Below are positions 1 through 7,296 of a stretch of DNA of 12,302 bases, one piece after another. How positions within the stretch are numbered: position 1 is the first letter of the stretch; each line of letters begins with the position of its first letter. The DNA is from Deltaproteobacteria bacterium (lineage in GTDB: Bacteria; Myxococcota_A; UBA9160; SMWR01). The translations under genes and the position numbers were made by a program. The DNA lies in assembly GCA_032128375.1 (NCBI GenBank), contig JAQBGU010000125.1:1-12302 (forward strand). Reading direction: 5' to 3'. Below the pieces are notes generated by a model. It made no database searches. It saw nothing but the letters and a program-made list of their open reading frames with translations, and was not told where the DNA came from.

Positions 1-2
1 GC

Positions 3-62
3 GCGGCCGATCTGCGCGATCGGATCGCCGAACTCGAGGCGGAGCGATTGCGGGTCGCCTGA
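3..62 (+). CDS. uvrB: 3' end of probable excinuclease ABC subunit B (C-terminal UVR coiled-coil), truncated by the window edge
   Basis: Manual translation from nt 3 gives AADLRDRIAELEAERLRVA*, matching the UVR motif AAxLRDxI. The TGA at 60-62 lies 2 nt before the uvrC start. Other UVR-domain proteins cannot be excluded. Confidence 0.7.
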   Translation, partial: AADLRDRIAELEAERLRVA

Positions 63-64
63 AG

Positions 65-2026
65 GTGGACCTCAGAGCGCGCGTCGACGCACTCCCGACG
101 GGGCCGGGCGTGTATCTGTTCAAAGGCGACAAGCGCCGGCCGCGCACGGAGCCAGCTGGGGAGCGCGGAACAGAGCAAGCCCGTGTCGCGTCCCGCGTAT
201 TGTATATCGGAAAGGCGCAAAACCTCCGCGTTCGGGTGCGCAGCTACCTGAACGGCGGCGATGGACGCATTCGGATCCCGGCTCTCGTGGAGTTGATTCG
301 CGACGTCGAGATCGTCGTGACCGCAAACGTCAAGGACGCGCTGCTGCTCGAAAACGAACTGATCAAGCAGCACAAACCCCCCTACAACGTTCGGCTTCGA
401 GACGACAAGCAGTATCTCGGCCTGCGCCTGGACCCACGGGAGCAATGGCCAAAACTGGCGCAGGTTCGCAAGTTCCGGCGCGACGGCGCGCAGTATTTTG
501 GTCCGTTCACGTCGAGCACGTCGATGAAGGACGCGCTCTACGATCTGCGCCGGATCTTTCCGCTGCGAACCTGCAGCGACGCAGTGTTCCGGGACTACGC
601 CCGTCGCGGCCGCCCGTGTATCGAATTCGAGATGGGGCGTTGCCTCGCTCCGTGTTGTGATCGCGTCGATGCGTCCACGTATGCCGAACTCGTCCGTGGG
701 ACTTCGCTTTTCCTGAAGGGGCGCTCGCAGGAACTCGTCGCCCACCTACGCGAGATGATGCTGGAAGCCGGCGAACAGGAGCGCTTCGAAGATGCGGCGC
801 GCCTACGGGATCGAATCAGCGCGGTCGAGAGCACGGTCGAACGTCAGCGGATCATCAGCGACCGACCTGTCGATCGCGACGTGTTCGGGCTGGCGAGACA
901 AGGTTCAGAGGTAGAGGTGCAGGTTCTCCACGTTCGTGAGGGACGCGTGGTCGGGACGCAGGGGTACGGTTTTTCGGACGTCCGGCTGGATGACGGTGAC
1001 GTGATGTCGTCTTTTCTCGGACAGTTCTACGGAATCGAAGAGAGTCGGCAGATACCAGCCGAAGTGTTGTCGCCCACCGCGATCGCCGACGATGGAGGCC
1101 TCGATGCGTTGCTGGCAGACCACGCGGGGCGGCGAGTCACGATTCGCGCTCCGCGGCGAGGCGGACTGTTGGAGATGGTCGCGCTCGCGAATTCCAACGC
1201 CCAACAGGGCTTGACCCGACGACTCGCTGCCCGAGACAGCGTGTCCGCGGCGATCGAAGAGCTGCGGGACCGGCTCTCGCTCGATGTACTTCCCCGGCGC
1301 ATCGAGGGCTATGACGTCTCTACGTTCCGTGGCTCGATCGCGGTTGCCAGCCGCGTCGTGTTCGAGGACGGGCTTCCGCTGAAGCGCGACTATCGTCGCT
1401 ACCGAATTCGCGAGGCTGCAGCGGATGACGATCTCGCCTGTCTGCGCGAAGTTTTCGAGCGCCGGCTTGCTCGTACCGAGACCGAGCCGCTACCCGACCT
1501 GATGATGGTGGACGGAGGTCGCGGACAACTCGGCGTGTTGGTGGCGGCGCTGCGAGATTCTGCGCTTGCGGTGGATGCGATCGGGCTCTCCAAGGAGCGC
1601 GATGAACAGAGCCCGTCGCCGCGCGTAAAGCGCTCGGGCGGGTTGAAGGCGGAGCGCGTGTTCACGCCGGGTCGGGTCGACCCGATCATGCTCCCGCCGA
1701 GTTCGCGTGGATTGTTGATGTTGCAACGGGTTCGCGATGAGTCGCACCGCTTCGCGATCGAATTCCAGCGCAATCTGCGCCAGAAGATCGGCATGATGTC
1801 GATCTTGGAGGAGCTTCCGGGGATCGGTCCAGGCAAGCGACGCGGATTGCTGCGCCACTTCGGTTCACTGCGAGGTGTTCGCAGTGCGAGTGAAGCGGAA
1901 TTGGCTGCAGTATCCGGCCTGTCCCCCAGGGATGCTGCATTGATTCACCGCTTCTTCTCTGAGGACTCGGCAGACGCGACTCCCACACAACAAGACGCGT
2001 CCGGTTCATCGATGCCGTCGGAGTAG
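65..2026 (+). CDS. uvrC: Excinuclease ABC subunit C (UvrC)
   Basis: GIY-YIG domain (PGVYLF...VLYIGKAQNLRVRVRSY; ALLLENELIKQHKPPYNVRLRDDKQY), Cys-rich region (CIEFEMGRCLAPC), UVR motif (FEDAARLRDRI), RNase H-like domain (RIEGYDVS, PDLMMVDGGRGQL, LQRVRDESHRFA) and HhH2 (LEELPGIGPGKRRGLLRHFGS). GTG start. Confidence 0.98.
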   Translation: MDLRARVDALPTGPGVYLFKGDKRRPRTEPAGERGTEQARVASRVLYIGKAQNLRVRVRSYLNGGDGRIRIPALVELIRDVEIVVTANVKDALLLENELIKQHKPPYNVRLRDDKQYLGLRLDPREQWPKLAQVRKFRRDGAQYFGPFTSSTSMKDALYDLRRIFPLRTCSDAVFRDYARRGRPCIEFEMGRCLAPCCDRVDASTYAELVRGTSLFLKGRSQELVAHLREMMLEAGEQERFEDAARLRDRISAVESTVERQRIISDRPVDRDVFGLARQGSEVEVQVLHVREGRVVGTQGYGFSDVRLDDGDVMSSFLGQFYGIEESRQIPAEVLSPTAIADDGGLDALLADHAGRRVTIRAPRRGGLLEMVALANSNAQQGLTRRLAARDSVSAAIEELRDRLSLDVLPRRIEGYDVSTFRGSIAVASRVVFEDGLPLKRDYRRYRIREAAADDDLACLREVFERRLARTETEPLPDLMMVDGGRGQLGVLVAALRDSALAVDAIGLSKERDEQSPSPRVKRSGGLKAERVFTPGRVDPIMLPPSSRGLLMLQRVRDESHRFAIEFQRNLRQKIGMMSILEELPGIGPGKRRGLLRHFGSLRGVRSASEAELAAVSGLSPRDAALIHRFFSEDSADATPTQQDASGSSMPSE

Positions 2027-2089
2027 AGCGATCGATCATCGAGTCGACGAGGGGCTCCTCGGACTAGAGTGCATTATTGCCGCACCCGC

Positions 2090-2095
2090 TAAACT
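2090..2095 (+). promoter_or_regulatory. Putative -10 element (TAAACT) for a leaderless transcript
   Basis: TAnnnT hexamer 6 nt before the ATG at 2102, with no Shine-Dalgarno upstream. Confidence 0.45.
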
Positions 2096-2101
2096 CGCCG
2101 G

Positions 2102-2671
2102 ATGGAGGTTCTAGCCAGTCTCACACTGCGCGAAGGTCGCCAGGCCTATTTTTCCGCCAACGGCATTCCGGCGGACGGCGGTTACACCGACGACTGGGTC
2201 GTCATCAAGATCGGTGGAGTTCCGGTGTTTGCGTTCAAGAACACCGCGAGTCGCAAGCGCGACGTGCCATTCCACGATCTACACCACGTATTGACGGGTT
2301 ACTCCACGACGATTGTGGGTGAGGGTGAGATTGGAGCCTGGGAACTGGGTTCCGATTGCACGCTGAGCCCTGTTGCGGTGTTTCTGAACTGCCAGGTCTT
2401 CGGCTCGATGCTGGTGTTTCATCCGCGGCGCATGTACAGGGCGTTCATGCGAGGTCGACGAGCTGCCAACCTCTACGGCACTTCATGCGACGACGAGCTG
2501 TTGTCCCGATCCGTCGGGGAGATGCGCGATGCACTGCGAGTGGATGCACCCGTCGCTGAACCCACACGGGAAGACCGCCGCGCGTTCTGGCGTTGGTCCG
2601 CCCGTGCGCTGATCGGGAGCTGGGGCCCTGGAATCCCCACCATCGCGTTGCTGTGGTGGATCTGGGTCTAG
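2102..2671 (+). CDS. Coq4-like putative metal-binding protein with a C-terminal hydrophobic segment
   Basis: HDLHH-VLTGYSTTIVG-E fits the Coq4 family HDxxH-x11-E motif. The downstream RAFMRGRRAANL...LLSRSVGEMRDAL resembles Coq4-like C-terminal helices. Hydrophobic Trp-rich tail (IPTIALLWWIWV). Confidence 0.65.
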   Translation: MEVLASLTLREGRQAYFSANGIPADGGYTDDWVVIKIGGVPVFAFKNTASRKRDVPFHDLHHVLTGYSTTIVGEGEIGAWELGSDCTLSPVAVFLNCQVFGSMLVFHPRRMYRAFMRGRRAANLYGTSCDDELLSRSVGEMRDALRVDAPVAEPTREDRRAFWRWSARALIGSWGPGIPTIALLWWIWV

Positions 2672-2691
2672 CATCAGGGGCAGGCGGCCCA

Positions 2692-2709
2692 TGGGAAGTT
2701 GAATTCCCA
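2692..2709. promoter_or_regulatory. Inverted repeat TGGGAA-N6-TTCCCA, a candidate upstream activator site for a sigma54 enhancer-binding protein
   Basis: Perfect 6-bp arms about 130-145 bp upstream of the -24 element at 2836-2838, a typical distance for such sites. Function is inferred. Confidence 0.3.
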
Positions 2710-2835
2710 ATACACCCGAAATGCGTGCCGCCCACGGCAGAAGGGGCGTGCCTAGAACACAGCGGACTCTTGCTCCGTCGCGAATCCCCGTGGAATTTCG
2801 CTGGTTTTATGGCAGACGTGCGCGTGGCTGAGTCG

Positions 2836-2851
2836 TGGCATCAATATTGCT
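2836..2851 (+). promoter_or_regulatory. Sigma54 (RpoN) -24/-12 promoter
   Basis: TGGCATCAATATTGCT has exact GG-N10-GC spacing and closely matches TGGCACG-N4-TTGCW. It is intergenic and oriented toward the next ORF. Confidence 0.75.
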
Positions 2852-2854
2852 CTA

Positions 2855-2897
2855 TTCCGTAGTTGTTTCCGCAGTTGTTTCCGCAGTTGCTTCGCAG
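2855..2897 (+). repeat. 12-bp tandem repeat, about 3.5 copies
   Basis: TTCCGTAGTTGT (2855-2866), TTCCGCAGTTGT (2867-2878), TTCCGCAGTTGC (2879-2890) and a partial TTCGCAG (2891-2897). Confidence 0.85.
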
Positions 2898-2931
2898 CCG
2901 AAGCTGCCCACAAGCGCACCGGAGAATGAAG

Positions 2932-3315
2932 ATGAGAAGAAGGACGTGGCGATCGGGCGAAGCCGCTGTGATCGATGACGTGGATGGGGTGGAAGGTCGC
3001 TCCGAGCAGATCCGCTTCGACCTCGAGAGCCGCGGAGTCGCGCCCGAGGTATCCGTTCCAGCTGCTCGGTGCCTCAGCGCGATCGCCGCCGATCTCAGCC
3101 CGAAGGAGTATGGCGCGGTACTCGATGGCGTGGCTGCCGCCTACGTGCATCCCGATGCGGCTCAGCTAGTAGGCGACATTGGCGAGATCCAGCGACTGAT
3201 GCAGGGCTTTGCGGGCGAGCTGCGGAAACTCGAGGAAGGGCTGCAGATCTTGTCCGCGTATGTCGTTCGAATGGGAAGTCGATCCAACCCGACGCCTCCG
3301 ACGACGCTTCACTGA
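2932..3315 (+). CDS. Small alpha-helical hypothetical protein with a C-terminal coiled-coil-like segment
   Basis: Same frame as ORF 2863..3315. GGAG (2921-2924) lies 7 nt before the ATG at 2932; GTG 2968 is an alternative start. The TTG start at 2863 falls in the tandem repeat. Amphipathic segment EIQRLMQGFAGELRKLEEGLQILSAYVVRM. Confidence 0.7.
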   Translation: MRRRTWRSGEAAVIDDVDGVEGRSEQIRFDLESRGVAPEVSVPAARCLSAIAADLSPKEYGAVLDGVAAAYVHPDAAQLVGDIGEIQRLMQGFAGELRKLEEGLQILSAYVVRMGSRSNPTPPTTLH

Positions 3316-3361
3316 GGCAGACTTCGGCTAGACTCTCGCAACCCGGTCCCCCGGTGACCGC

Positions 3362-5797
3362 GTGGATCGAATCCGGCTGCTCCCGCTCTTGGCGGTGTGC
3401 CAGGTGCTCGGTATCTGGTTCGCCGATCGCGGAGACTGGCCGAGCCAGGCCGCGCTCGTATTCGGCAGTGCCGCGAGCTTGCTGGGCATCTTGCCCATAC
3501 CGAATGCCAGCCGGGCGAACTGCACCCGCACGGCTCTGGCGGGCCTCGTCGCGTTCTCTTTTGGCGCGTATTCGATCAGCGTTCGACTAGAAGCGGCCGC
3601 ACGCTCCAGACCCACGCAAGCCACCCAGCGGACCGTCGAAGCCACGGTCGCGGACACCGCGTGGGGCCCCGGTTGGACGCGGGTTGAACTTGTCGACTCA
3701 ATCGATGTCGAATCCGCTGTCCACGTGGGTCGAATTCGAGTGCTCGGCGGCGGCGCGATTGAGGGGATCTCCGGTCTCGAGACGATCGCCGTCGGGACCC
3801 GGGTGCGCACGCGACTGTCGACACGAGCTTATCGCAGTACGGCCAACCCCGGTTCGAAACCGCGCGAACGCGAGCTGGCACGAGCCGGGATCGGTTCGGT
3901 CGCAAGAACAGTGCACCCGGCGATGTACGTGTCAGTTTTCGGAGAAGCACGGCTCGGACCCATCGGCCGTCTGGCGCGACCTCGGCAGATGATCGGAGAC
4001 CGCCTTGCGCGCGCCGGGCGCGGCAGCGAATTGGTCCGGGCTCTCGCGATCGGAGACAAGGCCGGCCTCGATACGGAAACCCGCAAGACCTTCCAGCGGC
4101 TCGGGTTGTCGCACCTGCTGGCCATTTCCGGGCTGCATCTGGCACTGGTTGGATCGCTCGGATTCGGGCTGTTTCGGTTGACTGCGGGGCGCAGCGCCTG
4201 GCTTGCGGCGCGCTTCGATACCCGGAAAGCCGGCCTGCTGGCTGCGCTGGTGTTGGCTTCCGGATACGCGTTGATGGCCGGCTTTGGAGTCCCGGTCCGT
4301 CGCTCGTTGGTGTTGTTGTTCGCACTCGCGCTCGCCGTTGGACGCGGTCGTGCGGGGGCGCGCGCAGAGCCGATCGCGATGGCATCCATCGGGGTACTGG
4401 CGGTTGAACCCGCGGCGTTGTTCGATCCAGGTGCGCAGTTGTCGTTCGCCGCGGCAAGCGCGATGGCATACTCGGCGGCTCGAGGCTGCTCCGACGCCCC
4501 CGCGACGCGACTGCGCCGGATGCGTCTCGTGGTCAGCGATGCACTGCGCGCTTCGGCGAGTGCGATCGCAGCTACAGCTCCGCTGGCCGCCTGGCAATTC
4601 GGCAGCGTCGCACCCGTAGCGCCGCTTGCGAACCTGCTCGCGATCCCGTGGACGGGCTTCGCGCTGCTCCCGACCGCGCTATTCGCTTCGGGAGCGGCTT
4701 GTTTTGGAATCGGGTTGCCGGCAATCGGTGCCAGTTGGCTCGCCGCTTGGACGCTCGACGCGGTCGGCTGGGCGTCCCGGTTCGCGGGCGTCTGGACGCC
4801 CACTTCGGATCCATCCGCGGGATGGATGCTCGGGATTGCTGCCTTGGTGGTCTGCGCGATTCGTTCCCGACGCACATGGCTTCGACTGGTTCTCTCGCTC
4901 GCTGTAAGCGCTGCACTCATCACTGCGGCGCCGGCCCGAATCCAGCCGCTCCCCCCCCGAATGATTGCACTCGATGTGGGGCAGGGGGCGGCCTCGATCA
5001 TCCAGGGGCTTCACACCGCGATTCTCTTCGACGCTGGTGGGTCGACCGGTAGCGGCGATTGGGGGCAACGGGCGATAGTGCCTGCGCTGCGCGCGATGGG
5101 AATCGCCCGGCTCGATCGGATCATTGTGAGCCACGGCGACCTCGATCACCGCGGTGGAATTCCGAGCGTGCTGGAGCGGATCGACGTCGACGAAGTCTGG
5201 ATCCCCTACGGAGCGGCCCGCGCTCCCGAGTTCGCGACGATTCTCGACGTGGCGCGGGCGCGAGGCATTCTCGTGAGTGAGCGAGGGGTCGGCTCGACGG
5301 CGCGGCTCGCCGGAGAACTGACGATTACAGGCCTGTGGCCGCCAGGCTATGGCTCGAGCGGAAGCCGAAATGACCGATCCCTTGTCGTCCGCGTCGATGT
5401 GCACTCGGGCACGTCGCAGCGAGGCCCGAGTGCTCCGATCCGCGTACTGATGCCCGGAGACGTTGGGGCAGCCGCCGAGTCGGAATTGCTGGCGAGGGGT
5501 GCCGATTTGCGTTCCGACGTGTTGGCGCTCGGACATCACGGCAGCCGCACCTCATCGACCGGCGCGTTTCTCGCAGCGGTCGGGGCACAGATTGCAATCG
5601 CGTCGGCACCTTGCGCGGGACGCTTCGGGATGCCTCATCCCGAAGTCCGCAGGCGAGCAAACGAGGCTGGCATGTCACTCTGGTGGACAGGCAGAGATGG
5701 TGCGGTGGTGGTCGGGCTCGCGGCGCCATTGACTGTGTCGGGTTATCGGTACGGGGATCGCTACGCCGAGAACCGCGCTGGGTGCTCACAGGAATAA
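3362..5797 (+). CDS. comEC: DNA internalization competence protein ComEC/Rec2
   Basis: N-terminal TM and OB-like (DUF4131) region (ANPG...ELARAGI), Competence domain (ALAIGDKAGL, GLSHLLAISGLHL, ALFDPGAQLSFAA, LANLLAIPW) and metallo-beta-lactamase domain (LDVGQG, SHGDLDHRGG, NDRSLVV, LMPGD, GHHGSRTSS, FGMPHPEV). Confidence 0.96.
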   Translation: MDRIRLLPLLAVCQVLGIWFADRGDWPSQAALVFGSAASLLGILPIPNASRANCTRTALAGLVAFSFGAYSISVRLEAAARSRPTQATQRTVEATVADTAWGPGWTRVELVDSIDVESAVHVGRIRVLGGGAIEGISGLETIAVGTRVRTRLSTRAYRSTANPGSKPRERELARAGIGSVARTVHPAMYVSVFGEARLGPIGRLARPRQMIGDRLARAGRGSELVRALAIGDKAGLDTETRKTFQRLGLSHLLAISGLHLALVGSLGFGLFRLTAGRSAWLAARFDTRKAGLLAALVLASGYALMAGFGVPVRRSLVLLFALALAVGRGRAGARAEPIAMASIGVLAVEPAALFDPGAQLSFAAASAMAYSAARGCSDAPATRLRRMRLVVSDALRASASAIAATAPLAAWQFGSVAPVAPLANLLAIPWTGFALLPTALFASGAACFGIGLPAIGASWLAAWTLDAVGWASRFAGVWTPTSDPSAGWMLGIAALVVCAIRSRRTWLRLVLSLAVSAALITAAPARIQPLPPRMIALDVGQGAASIIQGLHTAILFDAGGSTGSGDWGQRAIVPALRAMGIARLDRIIVSHGDLDHRGGIPSVLERIDVDEVWIPYGAARAPEFATILDVARARGILVSERGVGSTARLAGELTITGLWPPGYGSSGSRNDRSLVVRVDVHSGTSQRGPSAPIRVLMPGDVGAAAESELLARGADLRSDVLALGHHGSRTSSTGAFLAAVGAQIAIASAPCAGRFGMPHPEVRRRANEAGMSLWWTGRDGAVVVGLAAPLTVSGYRYGDRYAENRAGCSQE

Positions 5798-5850
5798 ACC
5801 GAACGCGTCCGCCTGAATCGCCCGAGCGTCATGAAACGCGCCGGGCACGT

Positions 5851-5859
5851 TGTTACCCT
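5851..5859 (+). promoter_or_regulatory. Putative extended -10 (TG-T-TACCCT) for a leaderless transcript
   Basis: TGnTAnnnT followed by 6 nt and then the ATG at 5866, with no SD. Confidence 0.45.
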
Positions 5860-5865
5860 GCGCGG

Positions 5866-7137
5866 ATGGTGAGCGGGTGGAGGCGTGGGGGGCTCGCAAT
5901 CTGGGTTGTTGCAGTGGCGGCGTCGCTGCGGCTGGCGTTCGTTTGGTGGGCACCCAGAGAACTCAGCGGCGATGGCTACCACTACCACCTGAGTGGGCTC
6001 GTTTTGATGCAGGGAGGCGGCTACACCGATATTGACGGCAGCCCATCGATTCGTTGGATGCCCGGATGGCCGTACTTGCTCGCGGTGTTTTACACGGTGT
6101 TCGGCGTTGGGCCATGGGCACCCATGGTTTTCAACGCGCTGGCAGGTGCGTCGACCACGGCCGTGCTGATCCGTCTGGGGCAAATCTTCTGGCGGCCCAG
6201 CGCTGGCTGGGTGGCGGGCGCGCTGTACGCGATCTGGCCGGGCAACATCTACTACTGCGCCACGCTGATGACCGAACCGGTCTTCAACCTGGTTCTGGTG
6301 CTGTTCTTGTGGTTGTTGGTCGAAGCGGGCCTCGAGGCGGGCACGAAGCGCGCAATCCAAACGGTGGCTGCGGGCGCAATGTTCGCGTGTCTGGCGATGA
6401 TCAAAGCTGAGACATTGCTGTTGCTGCCTGTCGCGGTCGGGTTGATTGTGACTACGCAATATTCGATCGATTTTCGTCGGAATCTGCTGGTCTTCCTGGC
6501 GATGGGATCGCTGCTGTCGATCCCGTGGACGATCCGGAACTATCGGGCGTTCGACCGAGTGGTCATCACGACCGCCACGGGGGGTGCGAATGCGTGGTTG
6601 GGCAACCACCCTGGCGCATCGGGAGGGCAGTCGGTTGTCGAGATGCGCGCCTTCATGAAAGAACACGCCGCTGCGAACCGCGCGGAGACCCTGTTCGCGG
6701 CCAGTCGTGCGGGGAAGCAAAGAGTGAAGCAGTTCGTCCAAGAGCATCCCGCAGAAGAGTTATCGATCTTGGCGAACAAGCTTCGCCTGACCTACGGCAG
6801 CGATGCAGCGTCTGCGCGGCTGGTGCGAGGTGTCGGGGTCGGGCGAGACGGATTTATCACAGAACAGAAGTTGGGCACACTGGCGTGGGTTGCGAACGCA
6901 TACTGGGCCGCGATTGCGATCCTGGTTGCCGTGGGGCTGTGTTCGTGGCGCGATTGGGGCTGGGCGGCACGCATCGTCTGCGTGGGGGTTCCGCTGACGT
7001 TCGTGGCTGTACACCTGGTGTTTCTGGGCGGCTCGCGCTTTCATTCGCCCGAAACTCCCGCCTACGCGCTGATCGCCGGCATGGCGCTTGATCGGTGGAT
7101 CCCCGCTATGCGCTCAGCAGCCACGACTCCCCGCTAG
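5866..7137 (+). CDS. GT-C fold multi-pass membrane glycosyltransferase (ArnT/PMT_2, GT39/GT83-like)
   Basis: The first TM is followed by a loop with Asp (SGDGYHY...PGWPYLLA). Also has LMTEPVF, PWTIRNY...TGGANAWLGN and a terminal SRFH, with many hydrophobic segments. Start trimmed from 5611 to ATG 5866 to remove the comEC overlap. Confidence 0.8.
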   Translation: MVSGWRRGGLAIWVVAVAASLRLAFVWWAPRELSGDGYHYHLSGLVLMQGGGYTDIDGSPSIRWMPGWPYLLAVFYTVFGVGPWAPMVFNALAGASTTAVLIRLGQIFWRPSAGWVAGALYAIWPGNIYYCATLMTEPVFNLVLVLFLWLLVEAGLEAGTKRAIQTVAAGAMFACLAMIKAETLLLLPVAVGLIVTTQYSIDFRRNLLVFLAMGSLLSIPWTIRNYRAFDRVVITTATGGANAWLGNHPGASGGQSVVEMRAFMKEHAAANRAETLFAASRAGKQRVKQFVQEHPAEELSILANKLRLTYGSDAASARLVRGVGVGRDGFITEQKLGTLAWVANAYWAAIAILVAVGLCSWRDWGWAARIVCVGVPLTFVAVHLVFLGGSRFHSPETPAYALIAGMALDRWIPAMRSAATTPR

Positions 7138-7233
7138 CAGCAGTCGCCGCTTTCAGTAGGGCCCGATCGCCAGCGAGGCGGAAGCCAGAGCCAGTCGTGT
7201 TGCTGCTGTAGACATTTTTTCCCGAACCGGAAA

Positions 7234-7257
7234 GCCGGCGCCCGGCCGGGAGCCGGC
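7234..7257. repeat. GC-rich near-perfect 24-bp palindrome in an intergenic region
   Basis: GCCGGC-G-CCCGGCCGGG-A-GCCGGC with one mismatched pair. No + strand U-tract follows. Confidence 0.5.
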
Positions 7258-7279
7258 GGGCCGCCCGCATGGAGCGTTG

Positions 7280-7288
7280 TGGTATTCT
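7280..7288 (+). promoter_or_regulatory. Putative extended -10 (TG-G-TATTCT)
   Basis: TGnTAnnnT lies 5 nt before in-frame GTG 7294 and 8 nt before ATG 7297, with no SD in between. Confidence 0.45.
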
Positions 7289-7296
7289 CGGCCGTG

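Noticed and set aside
2855..2897. Possible CRISPR array
   Set aside because: The units are 12 bp and contiguous, with no spacers and no cas genes nearby.
2863..2931. N-terminal MFPQLFPQLL extension of the small ORF
   Set aside because: It is simply the translation of the 12-bp tandem repeat at the predicted transcription start. A better SD and ATG lie at 2921-2934.
3576..5539. Several long minus-strand ORFs (297, 390, 221 and 286 aa)
   Set aside because: All lie antisense to comEC and give Ala/Arg/Pro/Ser-rich translations with no domain signatures.
4950..5700. Metallo-beta-lactamase resistance gene
   Set aside because: This is the standard C-terminal MBL-fold domain of ComEC.
5611..5865. 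85-aa N-terminal extension of the glycosyltransferase ORF
   Set aside because: It overlaps the comEC 3' end and looks non-protein-like. ATG 5866 has a well-placed -10 and directly precedes the first TM helix.
5761..6747. 328-aa minus-strand ORF
   Set aside because: Antisense to the GT-C gene. Its His/Gln/Arg-rich composition is typical of the reverse frame of a membrane protein gene.
7211..7257. Intrinsic terminator after the glycosyltransferase
   Set aside because: The T6 run (7215-7220) precedes the palindrome rather than following it, and only three T follow it on the minus strand.
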